A stretch of 64,000 nt of DNA from Adineta vaga (GCA_021613535.1 CP075496.1:4216001-4280000); one strand, 5' to 3'. Positions 13,101 to 31,340 are shown, counted from the first letter of the stretch. The notes: generated from the sequence alone by a model not told the origin. A program made the numbers and translations.

Positions 13101-16100
13101 AAGTATCTTGTGTCTGTAATGTATCGTAACTAGCTGGTGGACCACCTGCCCCTGTTGGACATACTTGCATTTTTTCCCAACAATCACAATGCGGTGATAT
13201 ACGTGTATAACTATAATTAACATTGTTTAATGCATTGAGTATTTCTGAACTTGTTGAGACCGATGTATAACCACCATATGAACTACATGGATATAATTCT
13301 TTATCGAGCATTGTCGATTGCATACAGCGAGTGCCTAAGGATGGTGATTTAGTAAATGTTTCTTGAAGCGTTTTTGATAATGATGAAGTTTTATTAATTG
13401 GAATAGATTGAAACATATAATTAGGTTTAGTCCAATACCATGGATGAAGAATAAGTGGTGGTGGTTCGGTTTGATTTGGTGTTAATGTTATGACTAACAT
13501 AGCCAGAAGGACGAAAATAATTGGAAGAAGAATTTCAGCAATTAATCCTTTAATATTACGTTTAGTACGATGAAAACGTTTGATAAGTAAACCAAGTACT
13601 TGTACGAATAGATGTTTTATGCCTGTATAACGTTCAACTGTATACGAGCTCCATTCGTCTACAATGAATTAAAGAATATGAATGCATGTTTTATTATTTT
13701 GATTTTTTAAAATATGAAATGTTATTCTACATACCACTAAGACAACCGTCAAATTGTTCTTGATTATCAGTTGTTTCTTCTTCTTCTTCTTCCTTTGGTT
13801 CTGTTGGTGTTTCTTGTACTGGTGGATTTTTTCGACACCATCCTCTTATCGTTGTTCTCATTCGTTTCCAACATGATGCACGTTCATAATCTTCTGGTCG
13901 TTTGACTTCATCAGCAACACGAAGAAATACTTGTTCAAGACTACTATTCGATAATCCATAACTTTTAATATGATATAGAGCTTGATTTTCATCAAGATCA
14001 GCAAGCATTTTAGGAAAGATTTTCGTATGTTCAGCATCATCTAATATCACATATGTAATTTGTTCACCATGTTGTTCTTTCACTCGAATATCTGGCATAT
14101 GTGTTTTCAGACGTGTTGTTAATTGTTCCAGATGTACCGATGAAGACATATCATTCAATTCGATACCCATGGGATCAAGTACATCATTCGTTGATGTCTA
14201 AATAAATTTCAAAAGAAAAAGAAATCTTAGAAATGCTTATTACTTGTTGTTGTTGTTGTTGTAGTTGTCGTTGTTCTCTCAATTCTTGTTCATCAGATGT
14301 TGATGTTAATTCAACGATTAAATTATATCCTTCACCGTATTTATGTTTTAAATACATTGTTGTTCCAACACATTTCAATTCACCGGAGGATATTATTGCT
14401 AAACGATCACTGAGTAAATCTGCTTCATCGAGATGATGAGTTGATAAAACAATTGTTCGACCGGGTTTATATTTAAGTATAAGATCCCATATAGCTCGTC
14501 GAGCAAATGGATCAACGCCTACATAAGATAATTTTTCAAAAATGAAATAGTCAATGAATTATCTGTACCTGCTGTAGGTTCATCGAGAATAACTGTTGTT
14601 GAATTTCCAATAAATGCAATTGCAATCGATAATTTTCTTTTCATACCACCAGATAATTCCGTCGAATAATTCTCAGATTTTTTCTCTAGTGCTAAATCTC
14701 CTAACATTTTCGTTGTTTCTTCTTCGATTAATTCTTTTGGTGCACCTTTCAACCTAAATAAACATCATCATCATCAAATGTATTCTAATTGAATTGTTTA
14801 CTAACTCTGAAAAAAACTCTAAATGTTCTTTAACTGTTAATCGATCAAATAGAATATTATGTTGTGGTGCAAATCCCAATCGTTTTCGGATAACTTTTAT
14901 GTCAGTTAATATATCATAACCATCTACATAGACTGTACCACTCGTTGGTGGAATTAAACCAGTTAATATCGACCATGTTGTACTTTTTCCAGCACCATTC
15001 CTTCCAAGAAATGCTGTTATCATATTTCGATAAAATTTTACAGATAGATTTTTTAATGCAAGTTTATTTCGATAATATTTTGATAGATTTTGAATTTCAA
15101 CACCTACTTCTGCTTGTGAAAGATTATCATCGTTTTCAGCTAAAAATGAAAGTTTCGATCGAAGTTAACATACAAGAAAAAGTATTTCTTACCATTAGAA
15201 TTTGTTTCTGTTTGTTTCATTTGTTCAGTTCGTTGTCGAATTTTATCGGCATCATAACCAAACCAATATTTCTTTGTAAATGGATAATACCACGGTTGTG
15301 GAATACCAAATTCACCTAAAACGTAAATAATCATAATGTCAAAGATTTGAATTTATTTAGATGTTTACCGGGAAAGACATTTTCAATATAAACAGTTAAT
15401 AACATATAGATAATAGAATCCACAAGCATCATGATTAAACAATAGAGAAATGTAAAATTATCATTTGGTTTGGCACCTTTATTGATATTACTCCATTGAA
15501 TACCTTGTGTCATACCTTCAAATCGTGCGATATAATCACAACCAAGTCCAAATGCAACAGTTGATGATAAACACTACGGAAAAGAAAAACAATTAATAAT
15601 TCAAAGTTTTGTTAAAAATATCTTACGGCAATGACTTTATGCCATGTAAGTGTTTGACTATCATAATTTAATAAAGCTGTATATGGTAAATAGAGAAGAA
15701 AATAAATGATACCAGCACCTATCAAAAGATATGAGATTGATTGTGAAAATGTATGATAAAATAAACTTACCACATGCTGCTAGATTTGCTCGTTTGAAAA
15801 ATACACTGAGAAGAAAACATTGATTGATTGTCGCAATTGTATAACAAACAAAGAGAAGAAATAAAATGAGTATATTGGAAAATTGAGTGATTTTTCCAAA
15901 CTAAAATACAAAGATTTTTATTCTAAAAAAAATTGGAAATGTATATGGAATAAAGAAGGGAAACACGGATATCATGAACTACTGATTAATTAACAAGATT
16001 ATTAACGTTGAAGTTTTGATTGTCTCCGTAGTGATGTATAGCTGTAAGTAATAATTTTGCTCGAGAGATGTTAGCAACACAATGGTTATATTTGTATCAG

Positions 16101-19100
16101 ACATTGCTATTGGCTTTATTTCAATGTTAAAGAAACAATTCTGAGAGAGAAAATGGCCTTCTGCATACTTTTTTTTCATTTCTTTAAGCAATAACGACCA
16201 TTAAAGTATGGCACAAGTTTCTACTTCTATTGAACAACATCACAAAACAATGTACACATGAACAAAAGCAGGTAAATTTTCAATTTTATCTGTTAGGAAA
16301 GAATATGTTCTATCTCTTATGGAAAATAGTTTGAAAAACTTTGCTATATCAGAAAAAGTACACTTCTACTCAAAATCTTTTATCTGAGATCATGATATTT
16401 ACTTTTAAGATCAACACTAATATGATAGCTGTTACTAACATAACCACCGTACATAAAACAAACCATGTAAACCAATGAACAGTATCATTTAAACCCATAA
16501 TTCTCATAATTTCTTTTAATCGTCTAAATAATTATTCATATGAGTTAATTTCAATAGAAAATATCCTCTTACTTCTCTTTTTCATAAACAATATCTTTAA
16601 CATTCATCGAGACAGTAAATATCCAACTCAACACCATAAATAATGGTAACATTTGTCTGATTGAATTAACAAATCTAAAAGAAAAATTCATATAAAATAC
16701 TTATTTTATACTTGTTTGTTCATACCTATCGTTGACCCAACATGGATATGGCATTTGTTGTGTTTGTATTCCATACGAAACATTTAGACCTGTTTGAGTA
16801 TTAATAATTGCTCGATCCAAAGCATTTTGAAGATAAATAAATGTAAATGAATGATATTTTGTAGAAAATGGTGCGCCATACCGAGGTGCATATGTAAAAT
16901 ATCTATAAAAAACGAAGTCCAATATTTCAAAAGTTAATATATTTTGTTCTACTTTACCGATCTTCTGTTCGAAATGTATTGTCAACTTGATCAAGTGTCA
17001 TTCGTATTTTATATCGCATATGTTTAGGTAAACTATCATTATTTGATATTGCATCGAGAAATTCAATTCCAGCTAAGAATGTATTCGTTAATGCATTAGT
17101 TTGTCCATCACGTACCATATCCGTTTCACTATCTTTCGGAATAAAACGATTTCTATCCGAACAAGCTAGAAATTCGGTTAAGATGGTAAAATAAGCTAAT
17201 GGTGCTTGATAGGTATTTAATTGTTGACAAATCATTGTTGTATTTGGTAGAATACGACATAAATTAGTTATTGCTTGGGTTGTTGGTTGAATAATTTGTT
17301 GTACTTGACGAAAAAGTTTTATTAATTCATCTAATGATTCAAATGTTTGATTGATTTGTTTAATAAGATTATCATACGGAATATTCGATGGATGATAATA
17401 GATTTTTCCATAAAGTAATGGACGTATAATCACAGCGAATTGTTTAAAGAAATCATAGGAATTTAATATTTGATCAAATAATACACAACGACAAGTACGA
17501 TTAACAAATATTGTTTGTTTTATATTACCTGAACCAACTTCATATGATTGTTGACACATAGCAGAATCATTATAACGAAGTAGAGCATATGCAATTTCAT
17601 TCCAGTCAATATTGAAAACTTCTTGTATTTGTTCTTCTGCTGTAGTACGTTCTTGTGTTGTTTGTGTTTGATTAATAGTATTATCTGATCGAGAAATACC
17701 AGTTGAACTAGTACTCGGATTCGATGGAAAATCATGACGACCACCACATAAGGTTGTTAAACTGAAATGCATAAACAAAAATTAGTTTCGAATTTTTCTA
17801 TTCAAACAGAATACCTTAAACTACTATTGATTCCTTGAAATGGAAAAGTAATATTGAGAGTATTCAACCGATCAAGAATACTTTCCGCTGTTTGCATGAT
17901 CTAAAACAAAACCTAATCAATCTAATTCAACTAATAACTAAAATTACCTGTGAACCATCAAGTATAATATTAACAAAATTCGGTCCTATGTTAGTCTGAA
18001 ATAGAAAATTTCATTTGAATTTATTAATACATTATTTTATATTTAATTTTACCAAAAATATCGTATCAAATTGTTGTTGTACATCGATTAGAAATGTTTT
18101 TAAATCGATTACTAATAAGTTATTACATAAGAAATTCTTTGCTTCCATCGATTGTGTTTGATTTGATATTAAAAATGTTTGAGAAAATTGTCCATCGATA
18201 CAAACTGATTGTTTAATATTCATTTCCGAACGATAGAACTAAATGAAAAAGTAAAATTACGAAATTTTATCATTCAAACTTACATAAGTAGAATTCGTTT
18301 GTATAGATTCAAAGAAGATTTCCACAGCAACATCTAAATTCGATAAAGATGCTGTTCGATTCATTAACCATGTTTGATGCAGATTTGAAAGATTAACAGC
18401 ATTAGAAAATAGAATATTTATCGTAGATATTGGTATTGATTGGGTAAAATCACTCGAAGTTTTATTTGCCAAAATGGTACCTATTATATTTGAAATCTTC
18501 ATAACAATTCTTCTCTGAAATTTCACTTACCATTCCATATATTTGTATAATTATTTAATGACTCAACTTGAGATATCAATGTATTTATATCATCAATTGT
18601 TTTTGTATCATTCAAAATAATTGAAAGACTATCCGTGAATTGTGAAAACGTTTGTGAAAGTCTGTTTAAATGAAATTAGAAATTAAATACAAGAAAAGAA
18701 GAATAACGAAGAAAATACAAACATTGTATTATTATTAAATGAATTGAATTGATCAGTTGGATTTGTATAGTTATGACATGTATTGTTCCATCGACACATA
18801 TAAGTTTGTAAAGCTGGAAGAAAACCGGTTGATCCAAGATATTTTGCATCATTGTGACCTTAATAACAAAGGATTACAAAATTGTGTTTTTGTTTTGTAG
18901 TTTATCATGATGGGAAAAATACTTACAAGCATCATAATAGAAGACTAAATTTCTTGTTCGTACCCACATAAGAATAAGAAATAAGAAGAGAGGCCAGATC
19001 AATTCGAAGATTACACGAGACTAAATTTTACAAAGGAGAGAAAAATAAAAATTTGTCCTTGAAAATTTCAATGAGCATATTTACCAATCGTCGTCGACGG

Positions 19101-19150
19101 ATCGTAAAATTCTTCCATAAAACTAACCGAATTTGTCGTAGAACACCCAT
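10134..19150 (-). CDS. ABCA-family lipid transporter (ABCA1/2/4-like), multi-exon
   Basis: Start [21 protein letters not shown]; large extracellular domains; NBD1 [29 protein letters not shown]; NBD2 [21 protein letters not shown]; C-terminal [13 protein letters not shown]. Confidence 0.93.
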
Positions 19151-20500
19151 CTTGTATCGTTGCTTTTTGTCTTATGAATAATTTTGTTACATAATCAATA
19201 AAATACGATGCAGATAGTACACGTTACCTTTTTTTTTTCTATCTAACCTTTTCAAACAAAAATACAATATGAATCAATCAATCAATGACGTCTGATTGGC
19301 GAACAAGTTGAAAAGAAAATAGAATTTAGTCATGCACGAACTAATACAAGAAAAAAAAACAACGTTTTCAGAGAACAATAATAATAGTCGAATGTTTGTA
19401 CCAAGGTCGTCGTGTTTTTTCAGTGACGTGTTTTAAGATATGGAGAAAAAAATCAAGCTTTAGCTACTAATGTTTCTTCTCTCTCGCTCTTGTTTACCTG
19501 ATTGAATCGGAACGGTTGTGTGTTGAGAGCCTTTTTTTCATCGTTCTTTTTTCATTCATTTTCTTTGAACTGAGACATAAAAACAAGAAAAAGAAAATCG
19601 ATAGAACATTTCACGATTGGTTGATTGACATAGAATAAGGTATGGAAAGATTTGATTTTATGTAGAAAATCAGGTAAATCTAAACGTTTACGAAACATCT
19701 AACAGAAGCAATTTTTAGTATAATCTTGCAAATCGAAAAAGAAATTTTTGCTTTAGAATTAGTCACCATTCGATTTCGCAAGTACTCAAAACAAAAAATA
19801 TCACAGACAGAGAAAGGAGAAGAAATCAAGATTTGCTTTTCTCTTGAATATATTAATGTCATTCTAGATTAAAGGAGTAAATTTACTTTATTATTCATGA
19901 AGTCCTTTGGTTTACTTTTAATCGATTGATATCCGTAGATGTACTTTATTCCTCCTTTTTACATGAGAACAACTCAATTAAATCTTGTTGTTGATAGAAC
20001 AGAAGAGAAACGAATAGTACAGTAATTTAAAACCTAAGTGAACATAGCGCAAAATAAATTTTTATATTAAAAGCAATGACACGACAGTCACGACATTGCT
20101 TTTGAATAAATATACCTTTTAAGTAAAGATTGTTCGAAAGAAAATTGATGTTATATTATGAGAAAAGCGCGTTTGCTTATGCAATCAGTGAGAGAAAAAA
20201 CAGAACATTATATCAAAACATATTACACGAAAAAAATATGGACCAATTGAATCGAAATAGATGACAGCAGTTGTAAGAGTCATAAACCATTCATCAATAC
20301 TTCGTTCACATTACATTTTTCTATGTACAGATATTATTTAATGTTTTCGATGTCTCGATAATGACAACGCTGTTCACTGATGCGACAAGTATATATACAT
20401 ATTATAAAATATCGTTGTTTTAAATTAAACTCTTTCGATTTTAATTCCTATTTTCGTTTAGTTTCAGACTTTACTTCTCCTATACAGATTATCAGTAACT

Positions 20501-21828
20501 ATGCATAAAGAAGAAAAAGAATTTGGTGGTACACCAGGAGCGATTGGTTTGATGATATTCTCGCATTTTGTACCATTTTATTTCGCTCTTTCGCTTCAAT
20601 ATAGTTCAGGCGGTGTTTATTGTCCATCGTCCTTTGATGAATTGATTCAAAATTTTAAAGACACTTGTTTACCAACATGGTCAGCATTCTTTCTCATACC
20701 GGATTTTGTTTCTTACAACTTATTTTTGCTGCCATACTACCTGGATTGGTCATCAAAGGTTTACCAGTACCTACAGAAAATAATCGACAGTATACATATA
20801 ATTGCAATGCATTAGCTAGTTGGTATGTTACACTAATCCTTGTTGCAGTTCTTCATGTCACTGGTCTTGTTCGTTTAACAATCTTAGCTGATCAGTTTGG
20901 TTCTGTCCTTTGTGTTGCTGTAATTTGTAGTGATATTCTTTCGATAATTATTCATTTCTATGCTATACAAACCAAACAAACATGTCGAATGACTCATTCA
21001 CCTATTTATGATTTTTTCATGGGCGTTTGGTTGAATCCACGAGTGAAAATTCTTGGACAAGATATTGATTTAAAAATGTTAGCTGAAGTTCGTTTATCAT
21101 GGCTTTTATTATTTCTTTTAATTGCATCTGCAGCAGCAAAACAATACGAAGCATTTCATACTCTTTCATGGCCAATGATATTAATCTTAACAGCTCAATT
21201 ATTGTATATTAATGCTTGTATGAAAGGTGAAGAATGTATTCCGACAACATGGGATATATTTTATGAGAAATGGGGTTGGATGTTAATCTATTGGAATTTA
21301 GCTGGTGTTCCATTTGTTTATGCATTTCAAGCATATTACATACTAATGAATTCGTTAAGAACACAAAAACCAAATGAAGGTGCATCGATGACATTGATAT
21401 TAGTACTATTTGTTGTTCTTTTTTTTGCTTACTATATATGGGATTCATCACAAGCACAAAAGAATCGTTTTCGTATGAAACAACGCGGAACATATGTACC
21501 TCGTAAAGCATTTCCACAAGTTCCTTGGAATACATTAGAAGATCCCAAGTATTTGAAAACTGTATGTGGCTCAACTCTATTGATTGATGGTTGGTGGAAA
21601 TATTGTCGTAAACCACATTATACCGCAGATATTTGTATGTCCCTATGTTGGGCATTATCATGTCATCAGTGGCCAGGTTTATTACCCTATTTCTATCCTG
21701 CTTTTTTTACAGGTATGATCGTCCATCGTTATACACGTGATATAGCTCGATGTAAAGTTAAATATGGCAAAGATTGGACAATTTATTGCAAACATGTACC
21801 TTATGCATTCATTCCTGGACTCATCTAA
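20501..21828 (+). CDS. ERG4-type Delta24(24(1))-sterol reductase (ERG4/ERG24 family); intronless, with an apparent 1-nt frameshift near 20686-20700
   Basis: N-terminal EFGG motif in ORF 20501. The rest lies in the -1 frame: YDFFMGVWLNPR, DLKMLAEVR, KGEECIPTTWDIFYEKWGWMLIYWNLAGVPFVY, LLIDGWWKYCRKPHY, RCKVKYGKDW..YC..VPY.FIPG. Confidence 0.85.
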
Positions 21829-22241
21829 ATGCTTCTCTGTGTTATTTTTTTTCTAGTTTTTCTACTGCACTCATTTTTATATTTTCCAGAAAACTGTTCG
21901 ACTTTAGCTATACATAGTATAGGACTATATTACTAATAGCTAGTACAAGTAGATAATAAAAATGCACCTCAATTTTAATAAAAAAAAGTGTTTCTATGCA
22001 TCACAATCAGTAACTTATAGATCTACGTCATCGTGTCGGTGAAACAAACTATTCTATTAGTCAATATATGGCATACTCTAAATGATCGAGATAGAATAGA
22101 ATTGTTCGATTCAATTTTCTATTGATTTTTAGAAATCTTTGAGGAATTTTATTGTATTAATAAATCGATCAATGGAAGCGAGTTTATTTTTTATATAATC
22201 TTACAAAAAAATAGATACCAATCAACATAGTACAATAGAAA

Positions 22242-25200
22242 TTACAAATAACTTTTGATGATTATTTCACCGTTGTTGTCATCTTCTTCATCAATTACAT
22301 AACCAACATTTTCAATACCAACATACGGTGTTGGAAGACCGGGAAGATAGATAACTGCATCACGAACAACACGCTAAATATAAATCGGTTAATTCGAAGA
22401 AAAGAAAAGAATAGCTTACTGTTTTCAAGGCATGCATTACTGCATCATTGATTGTAATATGAATATTTTCTCGACCAGCTACATCCATATAATTCATACG
22501 TTGCAATTGTCGATATACAATAGCTATAAAGGAAGAATTTCATAAGATTTAAAAGATAATTTCAAATAAAGAAATACAACGTACGTCGAACTTGACAGAG
22601 AAGAACTGTCACACCAATTTCTTTAAAATCTTTGAATATCTAAAATAAAATCATTTATTTCATAGTTCAGAACTATTTAAATTCTTTACTTGAATTAGCG
22701 CTCGAATACCCATCATATCCATATAATTCACAGGTGAACAATCAATAATAATATGATCAAAATCTGGTCGATATTTTTTCTTAATTTCTTCAATCTATTA
22801 AACAGAAACATTTAAGCTTCATGTTCAAAATTAGTTTATCTTGTATCTACTTTTGTATTTTTCTCTTCTAATATTTTATTTTCTTCAATTTCTAGCTGTT
22901 CATCTGTCATTGTTTCATCCTTTGATGGCGTTGTTTCTTTTTTAAAATGTCGTTTTAAATTTAATAATTGTTTATTTGGTTTTGCTAAACGTAGTTTATA
23001 TTCCTGTTCAATGTTCATTATTTCATCATTCATTGCTTTGATTTGATCATCAACACGTAAACCAATTCGTTTCATAAATAACTTTTTAAACATATCAACA
23101 TTAGCATAATAGATATTTTCTTCAAAACGAAATATTTTTATATTTGGTACATCTGTTGCTGTTGGATATGCATTTTTATCTTCATAAACATTTGCTGATG
23201 ATAAATAACCCAACGATGTAGCGTGAGGCCTAAAAATATATTAAGAAAAAAAAAGAATCTTCGTTTGTATCGAAAAATATCTATTTACATACTTTTGTGT
23301 ACGTATAACTAATAGGAAAATCATTGCAGCAACACCTATGTATAGACCATAGTCAACATCCAGTAAAACTACACCCCAAAATGTAATAATCCAAGCTAAA
23401 AATTCCAATTTATTGGTACGCCATAAAATCGGCAATTGTTTTGTTTGTAAAAGCATATTTTTCATAGCTGTAACAATGATAGAGGCAAGACAGGCATTAG
23501 GTAATGTTTCAAATAAAGGACCAACAGCAAGTATAACAATTAATACGACTATGGATGCAAGAAGTCCACCGACCTTCAAGAAAAAGAAATTTGAATAATT
23601 ATATTTTTACGTTTAAGAAGACGATTTTCTTTACTTGACTTTTACCACCAGTACTTTCTACAACAGCACAACGTGACAATGCTACACATGCTGGAAAACC
23701 ATTGAAGAATGATGTAACAATATTTCCTATTGCATATGAAAAAAGTTCTTGATTTGGACTTATTTGATATTTATATTTTGTAGCAAATAATTTTGCCATA
23801 CTGATGTTGATTACAAAACATACGATAGCTATAGCAATAGCATCACCTATCACATCGGATATGGCTGCCATAGGTGGAACAACTGGAGCTGGTATTCTAT
23901 ACGAAAGAATTAATGATGAAAATGTTCTGTTCAGAGAATTTAACTTACCCGAGTGGAAGAAGACCGACAGTACTGATATTCCAACGTTTATTAAAATTGA
24001 ATGCAGCAGAAAGTCCAGTACCAAGAACAACCTATTGTAAATCAGAAAAGAAAAAGAATGTAAAATAGATTTGAAAGAATGACACTATGAATTATCTTAC
24101 TATAATCAATTCAATTGGAACTGGTATTGGCATTCGTCCTTTGAATCGTTCATTAATATGATCACGTACACCAGCAAAAAGTGCAATACTTATTGCACTA
24201 CAAATACATGTTGCACCATTAGAATATTTAATATTCTTAAAAATCTCAATCCAACTCTAATAGAAGAAAAATCAAAAGTTTAATCGATTGAAATTCCATT
24301 CATTTTCACTTACTTTAATTACTTTAGATTGTCCAGTAACTGTTTTTATTTTAATTCCAAGTAAAGTTGGTATTTGACTGGTTATAATATGTATTGCGCA
24401 TCCAGTTGTAAAACCTTGTACAATGGAATCCGATAAATAAACAGTAACATAACCAAAATGAAGTATAGCCATAGCCAGATGAATTAACCCAGCAACTAAT
24501 GCTAAAGCAGTACCAACCATGATACGAGCTTTAGCTGGATCATTACTTAAATATTGTTTACCACTTGACGATCGCATTGTTGATGTTAATGAATCTAATG
24601 TTGATTCAAAAGTTGTAGTATATTCAGTAGTATATTCCATTTCTGTCATAGTCATATCAATAGTATTCATCGCTGTCGTTGTAGTCGTGGAAGATGTAAC
24701 TGCACCTGGTGGAATTAATGTTCCAACTCGACTATTAATAGCAGCAAGAATCATTAAAGATGAAACAGCAAATGTACCTTTGAATGATATCAAAACATCA
24801 TTGGATTGATTTCAATAGAGAAATGAATGTACCTTACCGATACTTAAATGTCGGGATGAACCAAGAAAAGCATAGAGAATAACTGGAAAGAATGAAACAT
24901 AAAGACCAGTTACTGGTGGAAGACCAGCAAGAATAGCATAACCAAGACCTATTTGAAAATCTTATGATATAGTACTTCATTTAAATAAGATAAATTGTAC
25001 CTTGTGGAATATGTACAATTCCAATTGTTAATCCAGAAACAATATCTGGTACAAGCCATTCTTTAACATTATAGTGTCGTATCCAATCACAGAATGGAAT
25101 ACGTTTGAATAATTGTCTTTTAAAAAAGGCTGGTGTTGGTTTATAATATTTTTTAATATAATTCCATGTTCCATCAATTGCACTTTTATTAAAATCTTCA

Positions 25201-25394
25201 TTAAGATTATATCGTTCATTTAATTTTTCGACAGTAAAAATACTTTGTTTTCGTCGTGGTAAATCATCATTATCATCTTTTGTTGGATTATTTTCATTTA
25301 TTGTTGTTGTTATTATTGATATTGGTAATTCTGTTGATGATAATCCATTTGTATCGTTACTTTTTTTATTTTTTATTGAACTTAATCGAGTCAT
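22242..25394 (-). CDS. SLC26 anion exchanger (prestin/pendrin-like) with STAS domain
   Basis: [82 protein letters not shown]. Confidence 0.92.
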
Positions 25395-26053
25395 TAGTCT
25401 GATGAAAGAGAAATCAAAATTTAGGAAATGAAAGATCTATTGATTTCGATTCGCTTAATAAAAGAAAAATTTGAAACAGTGCCAACGTACCAAAAACTAA
25501 ATAATAATGGTACAAAAACTCGCTTTGATGTACTCTATCGTCGTTTTTCATTTAGAAACCAGTTCAGATCTAGTTTTTGATTGTGATATGATAACAGATG
25601 AAAATAAAAAGAACTTATAGCCTGAAACTATTCACACATTTTAGTTTGTTATTCCTTATGATTCAATCGAAACTCGTTTTTACCTTGAAGTAGGTTAGGT
25701 GTTTTGAAAATATGTCTAAATTCTTGAGAATTATTACTTGTAAAAACATTCCTTGGAAAGAAGAGTGATGGGTACTGAACCTATATTTATATATAAAGAA
25801 CGATTTGAGTAAATATCACGTCCAGCTGAATGATTTTCTCATACTATGGCAGCATTTTGAATTAGTATTATTTAACGGGCTTTTTTTTCTATAGTGAAAA
25901 AAATGTTCTTGTTCTGTAAGTAAAAAACCAGTTTTGATTGTCTATAATTGCGAATATATAATTTTCATGTGTGAATATATCTCGTTTTTAATGTTCTCAT
26001 ATCAGTTGTCTTTACACCGATATGATATAGAAAATATTTTATTCGTATCAGGA

Positions 26054-26061
26054 TGACGTCA
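26054..26061. promoter_or_regulatory. Palindromic CRE-like site upstream of SLC26
   Basis: Exact TGACGTCA in the SLC26 upstream region; function not shown. Confidence 0.3.
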
Positions 26062-26726
26062 ATTGATTTCTCATCGATAGGTGCAGAAAAGCAATAAAAT
26101 GTGTTTTTAATTTATTAAACGTTCACCTCTAAATAGCGCATTTCGTATGAGCAGTTCAGTATTGAATGAAATGATACGTAACTTTCGTAATCAACTAGAG
26201 CCGTACATCGTTTCAAGCAACACTGAAAGGTGATGTTGTCTTTTGGATTAAAAGATCTATTGGTTTATGTCAGAGTGACTATAAAGATAGGCTACAACCT
26301 TCAAGATGAGAAATATTCAGAAAATGAATACACTAATTTCGTTGGAACACTTTGTCACGTTTTCATAAATGTTGAAGTATACGAATGAATGCCTACAAAT
26401 ATAATTGACTGCACAATACAAAACGTTCAAAACTTTCGCATATTTCTCTTCAAATAAGATTTTTAAAAGAAAACTTCTTTATACCTACTTCTCTTTTGAA
26501 AAACTGAATTAGTTTCGACTAGTACAAGAAAAAAAAAGATTTTGTTTTTCCTCATTCAAATTCACATACATTGACATTAGTGAATCAAGTATATTTAAGC
26601 TTTTTCTTTATTCTTCTTTTGTTATTTTATTTTGTGATCTTATCTCTTTTTTTTACGTCTGCTATTTCTTTTTTGCATTTTAACATGATCATACATGAGC
26701 AAAACAAAAAAATAAAAAATCCATGT

Positions 26727-27391
<665 letters not shown>

Positions 27392-28669
27392 ATTTGGGTG
27401 TTACTAAAAAATCTAAAAAAGAATCAAACGTAAGTTGTTTATGAAGAAAAATAAATAAATGAACAGCATTCATTTGCCACCATATCGATTGTTAATTATG
27501 GAAAGAAAACCCTCATCAATAGTACATATGGAAATTTGAAATAAATCAATCAATAAAATACAAATATCAATGATTTTATTAGAATTCATGATAAAAAAAA
27601 TCTGTTTTTTTTTAAATTAACGATTGTAGCGCTCGATGATCAATGGATTACTTGAAAATATTTCATGGATTCATCTAGATGACGTGACTATCGGTTAGGG
27701 AATAGAGGAAATGGAAAGTTCGAAAGAGAAAAAGAAAGAACGGAAAGAAAAATTTCCCTATGTTTTTAGTAATGGATACTATATGAACAGAAAAACAAGA
27801 ATTTGAATATAGATTTTTTCATTTTTCCTATGGTAAAATATCGAAAGAATTCTTTTTACTTTATTTATGTGAGATAACAGTTGTATATGATAGAAGTATT
27901 GATTTACAGTTGACCTGAGATGACAGATCGCTGGCAATCAGAGACCTCATTTCTCAGTCAATAGTTTTTTCTTTTCAACAGCGATACAAACAAAACTATC
28001 ACTGTCAAACGAAGAGAAAAATAGTCTTTTGCATTCTTTCCTTTCCTATCCAGCTGACGTGGTTTATCAGCTGGAAATGATTTTTTTCCAGTCAAAAACA
28101 CTAGACTTTCTTCTCGTTGTTTTCCTTTTCATGCACTTTGTACTTGTTATCATTCATTTGTATGATAACAAAGCTGATCCTTGAAACAGAAAACATATGA
28201 AACTCTCGATTAAAATTGATAACAACAAATAATGATAACGTCAATTTTCATGTTAGTCACGTTTCACAATGTAAGATGTTGTGATCATAAAAACAAAAGA
28301 TGCTTTGCCTTTTCTAATATCTCATTAATCGATGTTGATTAAGCAGGTGCAGAAAGAGATTGTGTTTATATCTTCAGCTCAAATGACGACTTAAGTTGAG
28401 GAATACATCAAATCTTAAGTCAACAACAGATTCGATCGATCGGTCGATTTATCGTCTAATGAAAGAGAAAAGACTTGGAGAATGAGAGAGAGAGAGAGAA
28501 AAAGAAAATATAGAAATAGAGAGAACATTTAGTGAGTATAATGCTGTTCTTTTTTTCCTTCGCCACATTTGCTCTATTTGTTTGGGTCGCATAACGTCCC
28601 TATTTCAACCTCCAAACTGATAGTCTATTATCTAAAACGAAAAAAACTATAAAGAAAAAGGCGGATAAA

Positions 28670-31340
<2,671 letters not shown>

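Noticed and set aside
15901-16401. 500-nt ABCA intron (with ORF 15979-16191) as a transposon
   Set aside because: I could not identify TIRs, a TSD or transposase similarity by eye.
20650-20658. A_AAT_TTT slippery heptamer as a programmed -1 frameshift for the ERG4-like gene
   Set aside because: A -1 slip here meets TAA at 20656-20658 immediately.
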